Shown in pieces: positions 15,722-24,597 of a DNA stretch of 30,298 bases (position 1 is its first letter; each line of letters opens with the position of its first letter). Position numbers and translations under genes: made by a program. Origin of the DNA: a virus (lineage: Duplodnaviria; Caudoviricetes); IMG/VR virus record IMGVR_UViG_3300032295_000278, positions 1 through 30,298 of that record; one strand, given 5' to 3'. The notes beneath the pieces are model-generated. The model was given only the letters and a program-made list of their open reading frames with translations. It searched no databases and was not told the origin of the DNA.

Positions 15722-16297
15722 TTAAAATTCGTTGATGAGGCAGTAAGTGACGAGCTTCTCTTTTTTAAGTAGGCCAATCATTAGCTTGTAGTTAGGAATG
15801 TTGTTCACTACTTGGCATCCTGCTGACCACCAACCGATGTTTGTACCTGATGGTTTACTCAGGTCATATGTGTTAGGATGGAAGTTAATCCCAAAGTAAC
15901 CTGATTGAAGTTTACCTTGCTCCTCTGATTTATCGTCTTTGTCCGTGTCTCGATATACCGTCACTTTATTACCTAACTGTAAAAGAGCTTCTACTTTACC
16001 GTTGTGTTTTCCGTACTTCCATACGTTATAATACCACTCGTCTGCTTTTAATACTGCAGCTCCGTCTTTATTTACCTTTTCGAATTGGCGTAGTGTAGGA
16101 GTACCTGCGTTTGTAGTCGCTGAAGTTACCAAGACAAACTCCTCTCCTTTGAACAAATAAATCTTATCATCAAAGCGGTTTGGCAAGTCGTCTTGTGAAC
16201 GCACTCCGAGTAGCCAATATCCACTCGGGATTTTAGTAAAAGACGAAAGGCTCTTAACCTTTTCAAGTAGTTGTTTATCCGTGTAAGGTCTTACCAT
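15722..16297 (-). CDS. Putative endolysin with an L,D-transpeptidase (YkuD)-like motif
   Basis: GINFH-X17-SAGC motif, lying between holin and spanin. Confidence 0.6.
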   Translation of the reverse strand: MVRPYTDKQLLEKVKSLSSFTKIPSGYWLLGVRSQDDLPNRFDDKIYLFKGEEFVLVTSATTNAGTPTLRQFEKVNKDGAAVLKADEWYYNVWKYGKHNGKVEALLQLGNKVTVYRDTDKDDKSEEQGKLQSGYFGINFHPNTYDLSKPSGTNIGWWSAGCQVVNNIPNYKLMIGLLKKEKLVTYCLINEF

Positions 16298-16719
16298 TAT
16301 TTTAAATCTTCTAATTGCTCTTTGCCTCGCTTAACAAATCCGATGAACTTATCCCAAACGTTGATTCCTGTAACTGAGAAGTAAGATTCGTTGATGCTTT
16401 TAACCTCCGTAAATACGCAAAACGCAGTAAACGCTTTAGTCATTAGTAAATCAACTGCAATGAAGTAAGCTAATAAATCGGATAAGACGAACTTTTCAAG
16501 CAAATAGATAAACACTATCGCACCTGAGTACAAAAGGCTCTTAGAAATGGTATTAGATAGCCTACGAGAGCGGATAGATGTCCATCCGTTTTTACGTACG
16601 CTTCTCCAAATACCGAAACACATATCAAGAATGATAGTAGCAATAGCCAAAAGAACCATTGGCTTAACGGGTGCTAACACGGATAACATAGAAACAAGTA
16701 TCAGAGATTTAGTTTTCAT
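16297..16719 (-). CDS. Holin
   Basis: Three to four hydrophobic segments, 'I.SRRL..TISK.LLY' and 'E..SI.E'. It lies directly upstream of the endolysin. Confidence 0.75.
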   Translation of the reverse strand: MKTKSLILVSMLSVLAPVKPMVLLAIATIILDMCFGIWRSVRKNGWTSIRSRRLSNTISKSLLYSGAIVFIYLLEKFVLSDLLAYFIAVDLLMTKAFTAFCVFTEVKSINESYFSVTGINVWDKFIGFVKRGKEQLEDLK

Positions 16720-16867
16720 ATCCGTTCATAATGTGCCACGTTAAATAGAAACCCATACAAACTCCAAAAAGTTTATGGTAGAGACTTTCTCCGCTAATCA
16801 TTAAAGCTATCGAAGTAAGATAACCTGTAACAAAGTACATAGTACCTATTGCATCCTTATGACTCAT
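16709..16867 (-). CDS. Small membrane protein (52 aa, not in the ORF track)
   Basis: MSHKDAIGTMYFVTGYLTSIALMISGESLYHKLFGVCMGFYLTWHIMNGYEN has two hydrophobic stretches and overlaps both neighbours. Confidence 0.5.
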   Translation of the reverse strand: MSHKDAIGTMYFVTGYLTSIALMISGESLYHKLFGVCMGFYLTWHIMNGYEN

Positions 16868-17213
16868 CTCCTAAAATTTGCGGTTCGTACGGAAACTCCT
16901 CTTTAATTGAATGACCTGCAAATGCGTGCTTTGGGTTCTTTGGCTCAACCAAGTTACTGCCGAAGTTATACTCGTTCTCGCTCATAACGTCATAGTGGTA
17001 TCCATCAGCGTAAACGGGAGGAGTGACTATCTCCATTCCATCCATTACGGGAGGAGTTACCATAATCAACCCAAGTTCAACTATTGCTTGTACTCCGTTT
17101 CCGTATGCTTCGTGTTTCTCTCCGTCAATGCCGTCAACCTCTACAAGTATGCCTTTGGCTTTAAGGTCTGCGAGTGCTTTGTCCTTGTTTTCGTATGTCA
17201 GTTTATAAATCAT
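16857..17213 (-). CDS. Hypothetical protein, possible fibre chaperone/accessory
   Basis: Start is probably 17213 (MIYKLTY; ATGA overlap with the fibre gene). It has an internal VTPPV duplication and a 'PKNPKHAFAG' C-terminus. Confidence 0.55.
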   Translation of the reverse strand: MIYKLTYENKDKALADLKAKGILVEVDGIDGEKHEAYGNGVQAIVELGLIMVTPPVMDGMEIVTPPVYADGYHYDVMSENEYNFGSNLVEPKNPKHAFAGHSIKEEFPYEPQILGDES

Positions 17214-18436
17214 ATCGTTGTAAGTTGTGCGAGTTGAGTATTTGTAAGGCGGGTTTTCCAAAGGGCGGCTGCGTTAACATAGTTTTTATATATTGTAGCT
17301 GAAGCCAAAGAACCTATATCTATTCTCGAGCAAGTTGGAATTGTTGCACTTGTATCGGTAGCTTTTAAAACTCCGTCAATATAAAATGCAATATCGTTAG
17401 CTTTATAGGCAATAGCCATTCTGTGTCTGCCGATGCTTAATGGACCTGCATTATAGACAAATTGTTGACTTCCTCCGTCCCAAATTACGCCATACATTTC
17501 ACCTAAATACTGCTCGAAATAAACTGCTTCACCATAGTATCCGTCACTAATTGAACACGGATTGTAAATAGAACCTCCGTCATTGTAGAAGTCTACAAAG
17601 ATAGTTCCCTCAGTTTGTCCGATTAATGCAGTCGCACTTGTTTTAGTTACAAGGTCTGCGTTTCGTGTTACACTTGCAGAGGTTGTAGGTATGTATGAAG
17701 TAGCGTAGCTTCCGCTTTCAAATTGTGCTCCCCAAACAAGAACACCATCTGTTCCATTTCCCGAAAAAATAGGGTTTGCATTTCCATTTGTATAAGCTGC
17801 ATTGAAAACTGACATAGTCATAGCAACTCCAGATGAAGTTGAAGTGCTTGTTATTGAGCATCGATACCAACCATTGCCAGCGTCTTCAATATTTGCACTT
17901 GTTACACCAGTTCCTAATGTACTTTCAATAGTGCCAGTAGTTAAATTAAAACCTACAAAATTTGTGTTATATGCATTTAAAATAATCCTATTATATCCAT
18001 CCGCTTTTGCATAAATTGAAAATGTCCAAGGAGCAATAGTATCTGAAATACTTTGAAATGTGTAGTGTATATTACTTGTTGTATTTGGAATTAACTTGTC
18101 CGCATCTTGAATGCCGCTTGGCGAAACTGCTACATTAGCAGAAGTTGTTGTTTGTACTTTAGTCCACGCCGCATTATCAAAAGACGAACTATTTAAAAAG
18201 AGGTTAGTCCTTTGCGGTTCTACAAGTAAACTTGGACAAGTACCGTTTGAGTAGTCAAGACGTGGTACATTGTTACCCATAGACTCAACCAACCCCGCAG
18301 AGTTAACTCTTGTTGCAGTTGTTGCTCTTGTTACGGACATATCGCCCGAACCATCGGATGGAATAACGGAGTAAAGTTTGCCTTCTTTGTATCCGTTTGG
18401 CGTTACTATTAAGGAAGCGGTGTCTAATAGGCTCAT
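17210..18436 (-). CDS. Fibre/spike protein with carbohydrate-binding and LamG/ConA-like domains
   Basis: T/S/G/N-rich. Motifs include 'PRLDY...PSLLVEPQRTNL', 'GNGWYRCS', 'WGAQFE..SYATSYIPT' and a LamG-like end 'FYIDG...LTNTQLAQLT'. Start is probably 18436. Confidence 0.7.
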   Translation of the reverse strand: MSLLDTASLIVTPNGYKEGKLYSVIPSDGSGDMSVTRATTATRVNSAGLVESMGNNVPRLDYSNGTCPSLLVEPQRTNLFLNSSSFDNAAWTKVQTTTSANVAVSPSGIQDADKLIPNTTSNIHYTFQSISDTIAPWTFSIYAKADGYNRIILNAYNTNFVGFNLTTGTIESTLGTGVTSANIEDAGNGWYRCSITSTSTSSGVAMTMSVFNAAYTNGNANPIFSGNGTDGVLVWGAQFESGSYATSYIPTTSASVTRNADLVTKTSATALIGQTEGTIFVDFYNDGGSIYNPCSISDGYYGEAVYFEQYLGEMYGVIWDGGSQQFVYNAGPLSIGRHRMAIAYKANDIAFYIDGVLKATDTSATIPTCSRIDIGSLASATIYKNYVNAAALWKTRLTNTQLAQLTTI

Positions 18437-18636
18437 ATTTGAGATAAATTTAAAAGTGTTAATGACATACAATAAGTGGATTCTAAAACTCCACCATCAG
18501 TTATGATTCTATCTCTCATTTCATACTGATAGTTAAAAGTCGCAGTAGCGTAATCAAAAGTGCTTTGAGCAGTATTGACGGAATCTCCCCACCACGTAGA
18601 TTCGTAGATTTTACCCCAACTTATGTTATTTGCCAT
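18433..18636 (-). CDS. Small structural protein (possible fibre adaptor)
   Basis: 67 aa with WG.IY..TWWG and DGGVLESTYCM motifs, coupled to the fibre gene. Confidence 0.55.
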   Translation of the reverse strand: MANNISWGKIYESTWWGDSVNTAQSTFDYATATFNYQYEMRDRIITDGGVLESTYCMSLTLLNLSQI

Positions 18637-18724
18637 CTTTGTTTAGTTTAGTTAGAAAAACACGGAGCTTCTCGATGTTCTCCTCTTTTGGTTTGTAAGT
18701 TCCTACTTTAGTTCGTGTTCTCAT
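18626..18724 (-). CDS. Small basic hypothetical protein (32 aa, not in the ORF track)
   Basis: MRTRTKVGTYKPKEENIEKLRVFLTKLNKDGK fills the gap exactly. Confidence 0.45.
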   Translation of the reverse strand: MRTRTKVGTYKPKEENIEKLRVFLTKLNKDGK

Positions 18725-18727
18725 AGT

Positions 18728-19228
18728 CTAAATGAACCAACCGGTGTAATTATTTTGTGTATCAGGATACATATCCCCGTTAGTGTTTGTAGTGTACTCA
18801 GGGAAAATATCGTTGTTAAACACTATGTAATTAATGAATCTCTCCGTGTAATGCTGAGCGATTTGACGTTCCTTTTCGATTAAGAAGTCAACTTCGTTTT
18901 TTTCTACGTTCTCAGAGTTCTCAGATGAGTGTTTATAGACTCCTTTGTTTGCGATTGTGTAAGCAGCAAAAGGTAAGTATTCAACCATTGCCCAATGGAT
19001 GAGCATTGGCTTAACGTAGGTCTCTACTAAAGACTCGTAGTTACCCGAAAGCGTACCTGCAACGATGTCAGCTTGTATCTTTTGAAGTAACTTTGTACCT
19101 AAGTAGTTTTGAATGTGAATGTCTTGAGCGATTTTGATAAACTGAATAAACTTATCAGTATCCACGTTCCCATTTACCGCAGTAAATCGAACTAAATCGT
19201 CTCTTGTTATGAGTAGTGCAGTTGCCAT
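18728..19228 (-). CDS. Putative head-tail adaptor
   Basis: Helical 166 aa protein ('IKIAQDIHIQNYLGTKL') immediately after the portal. Confidence 0.55.
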   Translation of the reverse strand: MATALLITRDDLVRFTAVNGNVDTDKFIQFIKIAQDIHIQNYLGTKLLQKIQADIVAGTLSGNYESLVETYVKPMLIHWAMVEYLPFAAYTIANKGVYKHSSENSENVEKNEVDFLIEKERQIAQHYTERFINYIVFNNDIFPEYTTNTNGDMYPDTQNNYTGWFI

Positions 19229-21006
19229 TATTTGCCGTATATAGGATTAGTAGGTAAAAAGCCATTGTAAGGCATATCAACAGGTCTTTGAGATACTAAA
19301 GCATTGTTCTTGATTTTGTATCCGAATTTCTCAGCTTTAGCAGATGCGATTTGCTTAGCCTTAGGAGAGTTTACGTCAATTCCGTAACCCTCAAAGCTCA
19401 CATAAACTTGCTTATTCCAACGGTGATGACAATTACCTCCACCTTTGTACAACCAAACGTCATACGTAGGAGCTCCGTTAGCACCCCAACCTGCGTTAAC
19501 TTGCATAGTGTTCATACGCATAATATCCTCCTTGCGATAAATCTTGTTAGCCTTAGTCATCTTTTGACAAAACTCACGAGATTTAGCAGACGTTTCACCT
19601 GCATAAACATAACGAGTGATGAATTTAAAACCGTCGATGTTTTCATCTTGTGCAGATTTAGCGTTAGGATTAGCAGTTCCCGTACTTACGAAGTTGTAAA
19701 CTTTGCTAAACAAAGACGTTTTAGGCTCTTTTAAGAGCATTTCATTCTCTGAGTCATCATTATCATAGTCCACAGGGAATTCGTCTATTAGAAGCCAATT
19801 TTCGTTAGGCTCTTCTCCTAAGTCAATTAGTGCTTTTGCAATCTCGTTATCTAAGTGTTCGTGTTTGCTTAGTTCAGTACCTGTTTCCTCAGCGACTTGC
19901 TCTTGGTTTTGAGCGTTTTCTAAATCCGTAAATTCAAGCGGTTTAAGCGTCTTAAAAAATAAATTGAGGGATATTCCGTTAAATCCTAAGATAGTGTCTA
20001 AGGCTTCAAGTATTTCATCCTGAAGTGGCTTAATCACCATATTATTAAAGAGAATAAACGAGTTTTGAAGCTCATCAGCGTTAGACGAGAATCCGTTAGC
20101 ACCTGCAATCCCGAAAAGAAGCGGAGATGTAACGTTGTGTCCAAGCATAATCTTACGCATACACTCCTCAGATAAGTAAGTGTAGTGTTCAGGAGCGTCA
20201 TTCAAAGGCAAGTCATCTACCGTAGTTTTGGTTTCCATATTGTCATTGAACGCTACGATTACTTTCTGACCTTTAGAACCTGTTAACTTACCTAATACCT
20301 TATTTGTTATAATAGATTGTTGTTCCTCAGTAGGCACTCCGTTATTGAAGTTGACTACTTTAGTTCCTGAAAAGCCGTTTTGTACTTCGTTGATTAGGTA
20401 ATCAGCAATCTCCTCCTCCAAAAGTGCGTAAGGAACTGCACCTTGATAGTCAGGATAAGCGTAATATTTCATCCCTACTGCGTAAGGCTTAGAGAAAAGT
20501 ATTTCAACCTTGTCTTTAGAGTATCCAAAAGAAGGGATTCTTTTAGGAACGTATTTCTTTACATCAGTCCAATCGTCTGAATAGTAGTAGGCCTCGATTT
20601 CTCCGTATTTATTGCACTTCTCAGCACGTAAAAGATTTACCGGAATATGGTAAGCCTTTAGGATTTTATCGTGTTTGTCGTTGTAGTGTACTTGGATAGC
20701 AAACTGACCAAGCATTTTACGGTCAAGAGCAATCTTACGTAAGCACTCTTTATTGAACATTGCCATCATTTGAGCGTACTCATTAGGCTTACGAGAAGCA
20801 TCAGTTGCACTCAATCCACGACCATATATTAGACGTGAGATGTTATTAATAATTGCGTTGTTTGTAGTGGAGTTCGTGTATCGCTCTAATAAAAAGTGAT
20901 AGTAGTTGTTATCTTCTCCGAAGTCAACCCAAGCATCACGCTTACTCTCCTGAATGACGGGAGTAGTGTATGCAGATAGGTTTAGTACGTGTACGTTGTT
21001 ACTCAT
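19228..21006 (-). CDS. Portal protein with a C-terminal extension
   Basis: Portal-like core of about 360 aa ('IMLGHNVTSPLLFGI', 'N.VIKPLQDEILE'), followed by about 210 aa with FC...GGGNCHHRW. Confidence 0.75.
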   Translation of the reverse strand: MSNNVHVLNLSAYTTPVIQESKRDAWVDFGEDNNYYHFLLERYTNSTTNNAIINNISRLIYGRGLSATDASRKPNEYAQMMAMFNKECLRKIALDRKMLGQFAIQVHYNDKHDKILKAYHIPVNLLRAEKCNKYGEIEAYYYSDDWTDVKKYVPKRIPSFGYSKDKVEILFSKPYAVGMKYYAYPDYQGAVPYALLEEEIADYLINEVQNGFSGTKVVNFNNGVPTEEQQSIITNKVLGKLTGSKGQKVIVAFNDNMETKTTVDDLPLNDAPEHYTYLSEECMRKIMLGHNVTSPLLFGIAGANGFSSNADELQNSFILFNNMVIKPLQDEILEALDTILGFNGISLNLFFKTLKPLEFTDLENAQNQEQVAEETGTELSKHEHLDNEIAKALIDLGEEPNENWLLIDEFPVDYDNDDSENEMLLKEPKTSLFSKVYNFVSTGTANPNAKSAQDENIDGFKFITRYVYAGETSAKSREFCQKMTKANKIYRKEDIMRMNTMQVNAGWGANGAPTYDVWLYKGGGNCHHRWNKQVYVSFEGYGIDVNSPKAKQIASAKAEKFGYKIKNNALVSQRPVDMPYNGFLPTNPIYGK

Positions 21007-21328
21007 AAACTATGAACGTATTTGATGTAGTGTTAGATGTGTATTGTCCGTTGTTTACGGAGAATGTTACGATGTTTTGGTCAGTACAAAAGATTCTATC
21101 CTTGTAAACAATGTTCGTGTTTTTGTAAAGAACCAAATCGTAGAAGTGACCCTCAGTTAAGTCAAAAGTTGCGGTGATTGAATTAACGTAATCTCCACTC
21201 GTTTGTGATGTGATGGCTACGGTTACAGGTGTGTTTGTTTGGTCATCAGTAAGCACCATTGAAGTAGGTGTATCTCTTGAAATGAAAGAGAACGTCTGAG
21301 CTGAATTTGATGTAGTTAGTACAATCAT
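20999..21328 (-). CDS. Putative structural protein
   Basis: 109 aa, Thr-rich beta protein, first gene after a late promoter. Confidence 0.5.
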   Translation of the reverse strand: MIVLTTSNSAQTFSFISRDTPTSMVLTDDQTNTPVTVAITSQTSGDYVNSITATFDLTEGHFYDLVLYKNTNIVYKDRIFCTDQNIVTFSVNNGQYTSNTTSNTFIVYE

Positions 21329-21361
21329 ATTTAAAAGACGTAAACACGGAGGAATTGTTTT
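21326..21361 (-). promoter_or_regulatory. Putative late (phage ECF sigma) promoter
   Basis: AAAC-N16-CGTCT-TTTAA-ATATG, immediately after a terminator. Confidence 0.7.
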
Positions 21362-21367
21362 AAAAGC

Positions 21368-21390
21368 AAAAAGGGAGACCTAAGCCTCCC
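21368..21390 (-). terminator. Intrinsic terminator after the major tail gene
   Basis: GGGAGGC-TTAG-GTCTCCC followed by T5. Confidence 0.85.
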
Positions 21391-21415
21391 TCCTTACACG
21401 CTATAAAGAAATTGA

Positions 21416-21964
21416 TTATGCAGTAACGATAGTAGCATTACCAAAGTCAGAAGCTAAAGCTGCTTCAGTATTGCAATCAATCAAATTAGCAAGCAATTGC
21501 TCTTGACCTACGAAAGTCAAAGTGTATCCGTTCAAGTCACCCATTGCAGTACCGTTAGAAACGTTAGCAGTAGTTAACTCCATACCATACTCTAAACCTG
21601 CTAAGAAAAATTGGTTGTTACGGTTGCGGATTACGATGTGCGGTCTTCCGTAAGCAAGTAACTTAACTGACTTATGAGTAGTAGCATCTTGCTTTTTCAA
21701 AGTCATTGTTAAAGTTTGCTCAACGAATGTAGTTCCGTTCTCACGAGATGAAGTAATTACTTGGTCAAAAGAGTTAGTTCCTTTGAGTTCGTATTTGTAG
21801 AGTGAAGTTACACCCGCTACTGCCTGAATAGTATCAGTACCTGTTACATAAGTAACATCAGTAGGGAAAGTGTAATCTCCGTAGTTAATGAAGTAAACTG
21901 CATCGATACCACCAATAGCATCTTTACATACTTCTAAGCGACCATTTGCTAAATCACAAGACAT
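21416..21964 (-). CDS. Major tail (tube) protein
   Basis: 182 aa beta-rich protein ('SRENGTTFVEQTLT', 'GDLNGYTLTF.G.E') with highly biased codon use, flanked by terminators. Confidence 0.65.
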   Translation of the reverse strand: MSCDLANGRLEVCKDAIGGIDAVYFINYGDYTFPTDVTYVTGTDTIQAVAGVTSLYKYELKGTNSFDQVITSSRENGTTFVEQTLTMTLKKQDATTHKSVKLLAYGRPHIVIRNRNNQFFLAGLEYGMELTTANVSNGTAMGDLNGYTLTFVGQEQLLANLIDCNTEAALASDFGNATIVTA

Positions 21965-21986
21965 ATTTTTAAGTTTTAAATGTTAT

Positions 21987-22014
21987 AAAAAAGGGAGGAG
22001 CGTAAACCCCTCCC
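21987..22014 (-). terminator. Intrinsic terminator after the major capsid gene
   Basis: GGGAGGGG-TTTACG-CTCCTCCC followed by T tract. Confidence 0.85.
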
Positions 22015-22037
22015 CGATTCTTTAAATTGAGCTAAGA

Positions 22038-22988
22038 TTAGTTAGCAGAGTTTGTGATTCCGTAAGTAACAACGTCAGAAGCAAAACCGTATTTAGCGTC
22101 AGCAGTAAATCGCATAACTACACGTACGTTTTGTGAACCATCTATATCACCCATATCCAATACTTTAACTTCGTTCATATCAGAAAGAAGACCTGTAGCA
22201 AAGTAAAGGTTAGATTTTTGGCTCAATAAAGCTGTGTTAGCAGCAAGACCGTTAGCCATAAATACACGAACACCGTCAAAGTAAACATCACCAAGTTGTT
22301 GGTTTGTACCTTTGTTGTCATAACCGTTAGCACCTACACCTGAAGCAGCGAAGCCACCCAAAGCACGTACATAAGCACGGTAGATGTTAGAAGATACATA
22401 AAGAGTCAAGTCTTCTTTTCCGTAAAGAGCAGCAGGACAAGCATCAACGATTTTACCAAGCTCTGTGATTACGTTAGCAGCAGTAACAGTAGTACCTGCA
22501 ACTTCTTGAGCTGATGGCAAAGAAGCATCAGTAGTCAATTGTGTCATAATACCTGCGAACTCACCAGCAGTAGCGTTAACACCTTGCCAAATTGAAGTCT
22601 CCATACCTGCAGCAACTTTCTCAGCAGCGTGTGCGATTAAGAAGTCAGCGAAAGACTTAGGAAGAACGTCAAATGCAGAGTAACCCATTTGGATAGCATC
22701 CCAATCTGAACGGAAGTCAGTTTTACAAAGTTGTAAGTTAACTTGGAAAGATTCAGGTTGAAGAATTTTCTCAGTCAAAGTGATAGTTGACGTAGGGTCA
22801 AAATCACAAGTAGCGTTTTTGATGATACCGTCAGTAGCAACTCTTTTGATAACTTGCTTGTACTTAACGTTAGGCATAATTGTAATACCGCCTTTGTCAA
22901 GAGTTGGAGCAGACAATAAAGCTGCAGCGATGTACTTACCGGCAAATTCACCTGCGTAAGTAGTAGTAATTGAAGTGGTTGTAGCCAT
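22038..22988 (-). CDS. Major capsid protein
   Basis: 316 aa, after the scaffold and before a strong terminator, with highly biased codons and an HK97-like layout. Confidence 0.8.
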   Translation of the reverse strand: MATTTSITTTYAGEFAGKYIAAALLSAPTLDKGGITIMPNVKYKQVIKRVATDGIIKNATCDFDPTSTITLTEKILQPESFQVNLQLCKTDFRSDWDAIQMGYSAFDVLPKSFADFLIAHAAEKVAAGMETSIWQGVNATAGEFAGIMTQLTTDASLPSAQEVAGTTVTAANVITELGKIVDACPAALYGKEDLTLYVSSNIYRAYVRALGGFAASGVGANGYDNKGTNQQLGDVYFDGVRVFMANGLAANTALLSQKSNLYFATGLLSDMNEVKVLDMGDIDGSQNVRVVMRFTADAKYGFASDVVTYGITNSAN

Positions 22989-22998
22989 TTTTAATTAT

Positions 22999-23604
22999 TT
23001 ATTTAATGTTTGAGATTCTTGATAATACCGTGTCCATAGTTGTTGCGTTTCTTTTAGCAGCAAACTTGAATACATCAGTAGGTTGTGCGTTTTCAGGATT
23101 GAAAGAAATAGGCTTAGGCTCTTCGCTCAATTCAACTGGTGCGACTTCTTCTGCAACTTCAGTTTTTGACAAAGCGATTTGTGCTTTCAACTCTTCGTTT
23201 TCTTTTTTAAGAGCTTCGATTTCGCTAAAGAAAGATTCCTTAGTTACTGATTCGATGATTTTTTTAGCTTGCGGTGTAGCAGACTCTTGTGCCATTTCTT
23301 CTTCAGCAGGCATTTCAGTTTCAGGAGCTTCAACTTCTACTTCAACTTCAGGTTCAGCAGCTTCACGAATGTCAGCGATTACACCCTCTTCGATAACTAC
23401 AAGGATACGCATATCCTCAAGCTCATACTCTCCGATTGGAAGTGGGATGCGTTGTTCGTCTTCAGTTAAGATGAATACAGGTTGACCTGCTTCAAAAGCA
23501 TCAGCTTCGAGCATAGATACGCCATCAGATAGACGCATAGTTTCCAACTTCACTTCTAAACCTAAAAGTGTGCGGACTTTGTTTAAGATTGATTTTTCGT
23601 TCAT
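22999..23604 (-). CDS. Capsid scaffolding protein
   Basis: Very acidic with coiled coil and a C-terminal amphipathic helix, directly upstream of the MCP. Confidence 0.65.
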   Translation of the reverse strand: MNEKSILNKVRTLLGLEVKLETMRLSDGVSMLEADAFEAGQPVFILTEDEQRIPLPIGEYELEDMRILVVIEEGVIADIREAAEPEVEVEVEAPETEMPAEEEMAQESATPQAKKIIESVTKESFFSEIEALKKENEELKAQIALSKTEVAEEVAPVELSEEPKPISFNPENAQPTDVFKFAAKRNATTMDTVLSRISNIK

Positions 23605-23613
23605 TTGTTTACT

Positions 23614-23955
23614 TTATTTTAAAAGTTGATATAGCTTTGAATAATCTGCGGCTAATTTTTGAGATTTGTCTTTTTGTTGTTTAAGCTCATTTGCTTTATC
23701 CGTTATACCTAAATCAACTAATTTTTTAATGCTATCATCTAATTGCGCAGGAACATTGCTATCTAAAATTATTAATGCTCTGCTGTACATTTGAGCAAGT
23801 TTAGCTTTTTCTAAATCTGCCTCTTTTAACATTGCAATTCCTTTATCAAGCAATTTTAACGTGTCCTCAACTTTAAATAGTTCTACACTGTGAGAAGATA
23901 GTTCAGTAACTTCCTCTTTGAATAGTTTGTTGTAAACTGATTTTGTAGTGTTCAT
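23614..23955 (-). CDS. Coiled-coil protein with the shared ELSSHSVEL leader (candidate internal head protein)
   Basis: 113 aa helical protein in the head block; the leader is shared with 24214..24597. Confidence 0.55.
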   Translation of the reverse strand: MNTTKSVYNKLFKEEVTELSSHSVELFKVEDTLKLLDKGIAMLKEADLEKAKLAQMYSRALIILDSNVPAQLDDSIKKLVDLGITDKANELKQQKDKSQKLAADYSKLYQLLK

Positions 23956-23986
23956 ATTTCAAAGACGTTTTGATTTATATTTGTTT
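23953..23986 (-). promoter_or_regulatory. Putative late (phage ECF sigma) promoter
   Basis: AAAC-N15-CGTCT-TTGAA-ATATG, upstream of the scaffold/capsid operon. Confidence 0.7.
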
Positions 23987-23991
23987 TATTT

Positions 23992-24201
23992 TTATCCGTT
24001 TTGACGTACGATAGTCCTTACTCCGTTGTTCTCAGTTTGAGTAGGAGCAGGTTCGTTTACCTCAGCAGTTTTACCGATGCCTTGAGCTTGTAAACTGCCA
24101 TCACAACACTTGGTATTGTATGTTTCGTCTTCACATAGGCAGCCTCTTTTGCTACCTGCTCTTGGACTTGCTTTGCTTGGTGTTTTAAATTTGTCTTTCA
24201 T
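23992..24201 (-). CDS. Small Cys-rich protein
   Basis: 69 aa with RGCLC...Y..KCCDG.LQAQGIG. Confidence 0.6.
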   Translation of the reverse strand: MKDKFKTPSKASPRAGSKRGCLCEDETYNTKCCDGSLQAQGIGKTAEVNEPAPTQTENNGVRTIVRQNG

Positions 24202-24213
24202 TTGTTCGTGTTT

Positions 24214-24597
24214 TTAACCAAGAATTTTTTGAACTTGATTTAATTCTTTAACAATTTGCTCTCCTTCTAATTGTGAATACTTGTAAAGATTGTCCATTGC
24301 TTTTTTTAAATCAGCAGGATAAGTAATTCCTAACTCTTTTAATTGTTGTTCAATTTTAACTCCTTGTTGATAAAATTTCTGAGCTTCAAAAAATGCTTTG
24401 TTCCCTATTTTTAATGCTTCGTTAACATTGCTTAATGCAGTCATTGTTTTTTGAAAAACTAAATCATATTGTTTTTTAACTGATTCACTTGCCGTTGTTA
24501 TTTCGTCTAACGTAGCTAATTCTACTTTGTGAGAAGCTAACTGAATCTCATCTGCGTTACGCTCCATCTGAGCAATTTTGTTTAAGATATTGTTCAT
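24214..24597 (-). CDS. Coiled-coil protein with the shared QLASHKVEL leader (candidate internal head protein)
   Basis: 127 aa helical protein, ATGA-coupled to the protease. Confidence 0.55.
   Translation of the reverse strand: MNNILNKIAQMERNADEIQLASHKVELATLDEITTASESVKKQYDLVFQKTMTALSNVNEALKIGNKAFFEAQKFYQQGVKIEQQLKELGITYPADLKKAMDNLYKYSQLEGEQIVKELNQVQKILG

Noticed and set aside
17014-17060. ACGGGAGGAGT(G/T)AC tandem duplication
   Set aside because: Two copies encoding VTPPV within a protein; not a CRISPR array or regulatory repeat.
17210-18436. Diversity-generating retroelement targeting the fibre gene
   Set aside because: There is no reverse transcriptase, and I saw no template/variable repeat pair.
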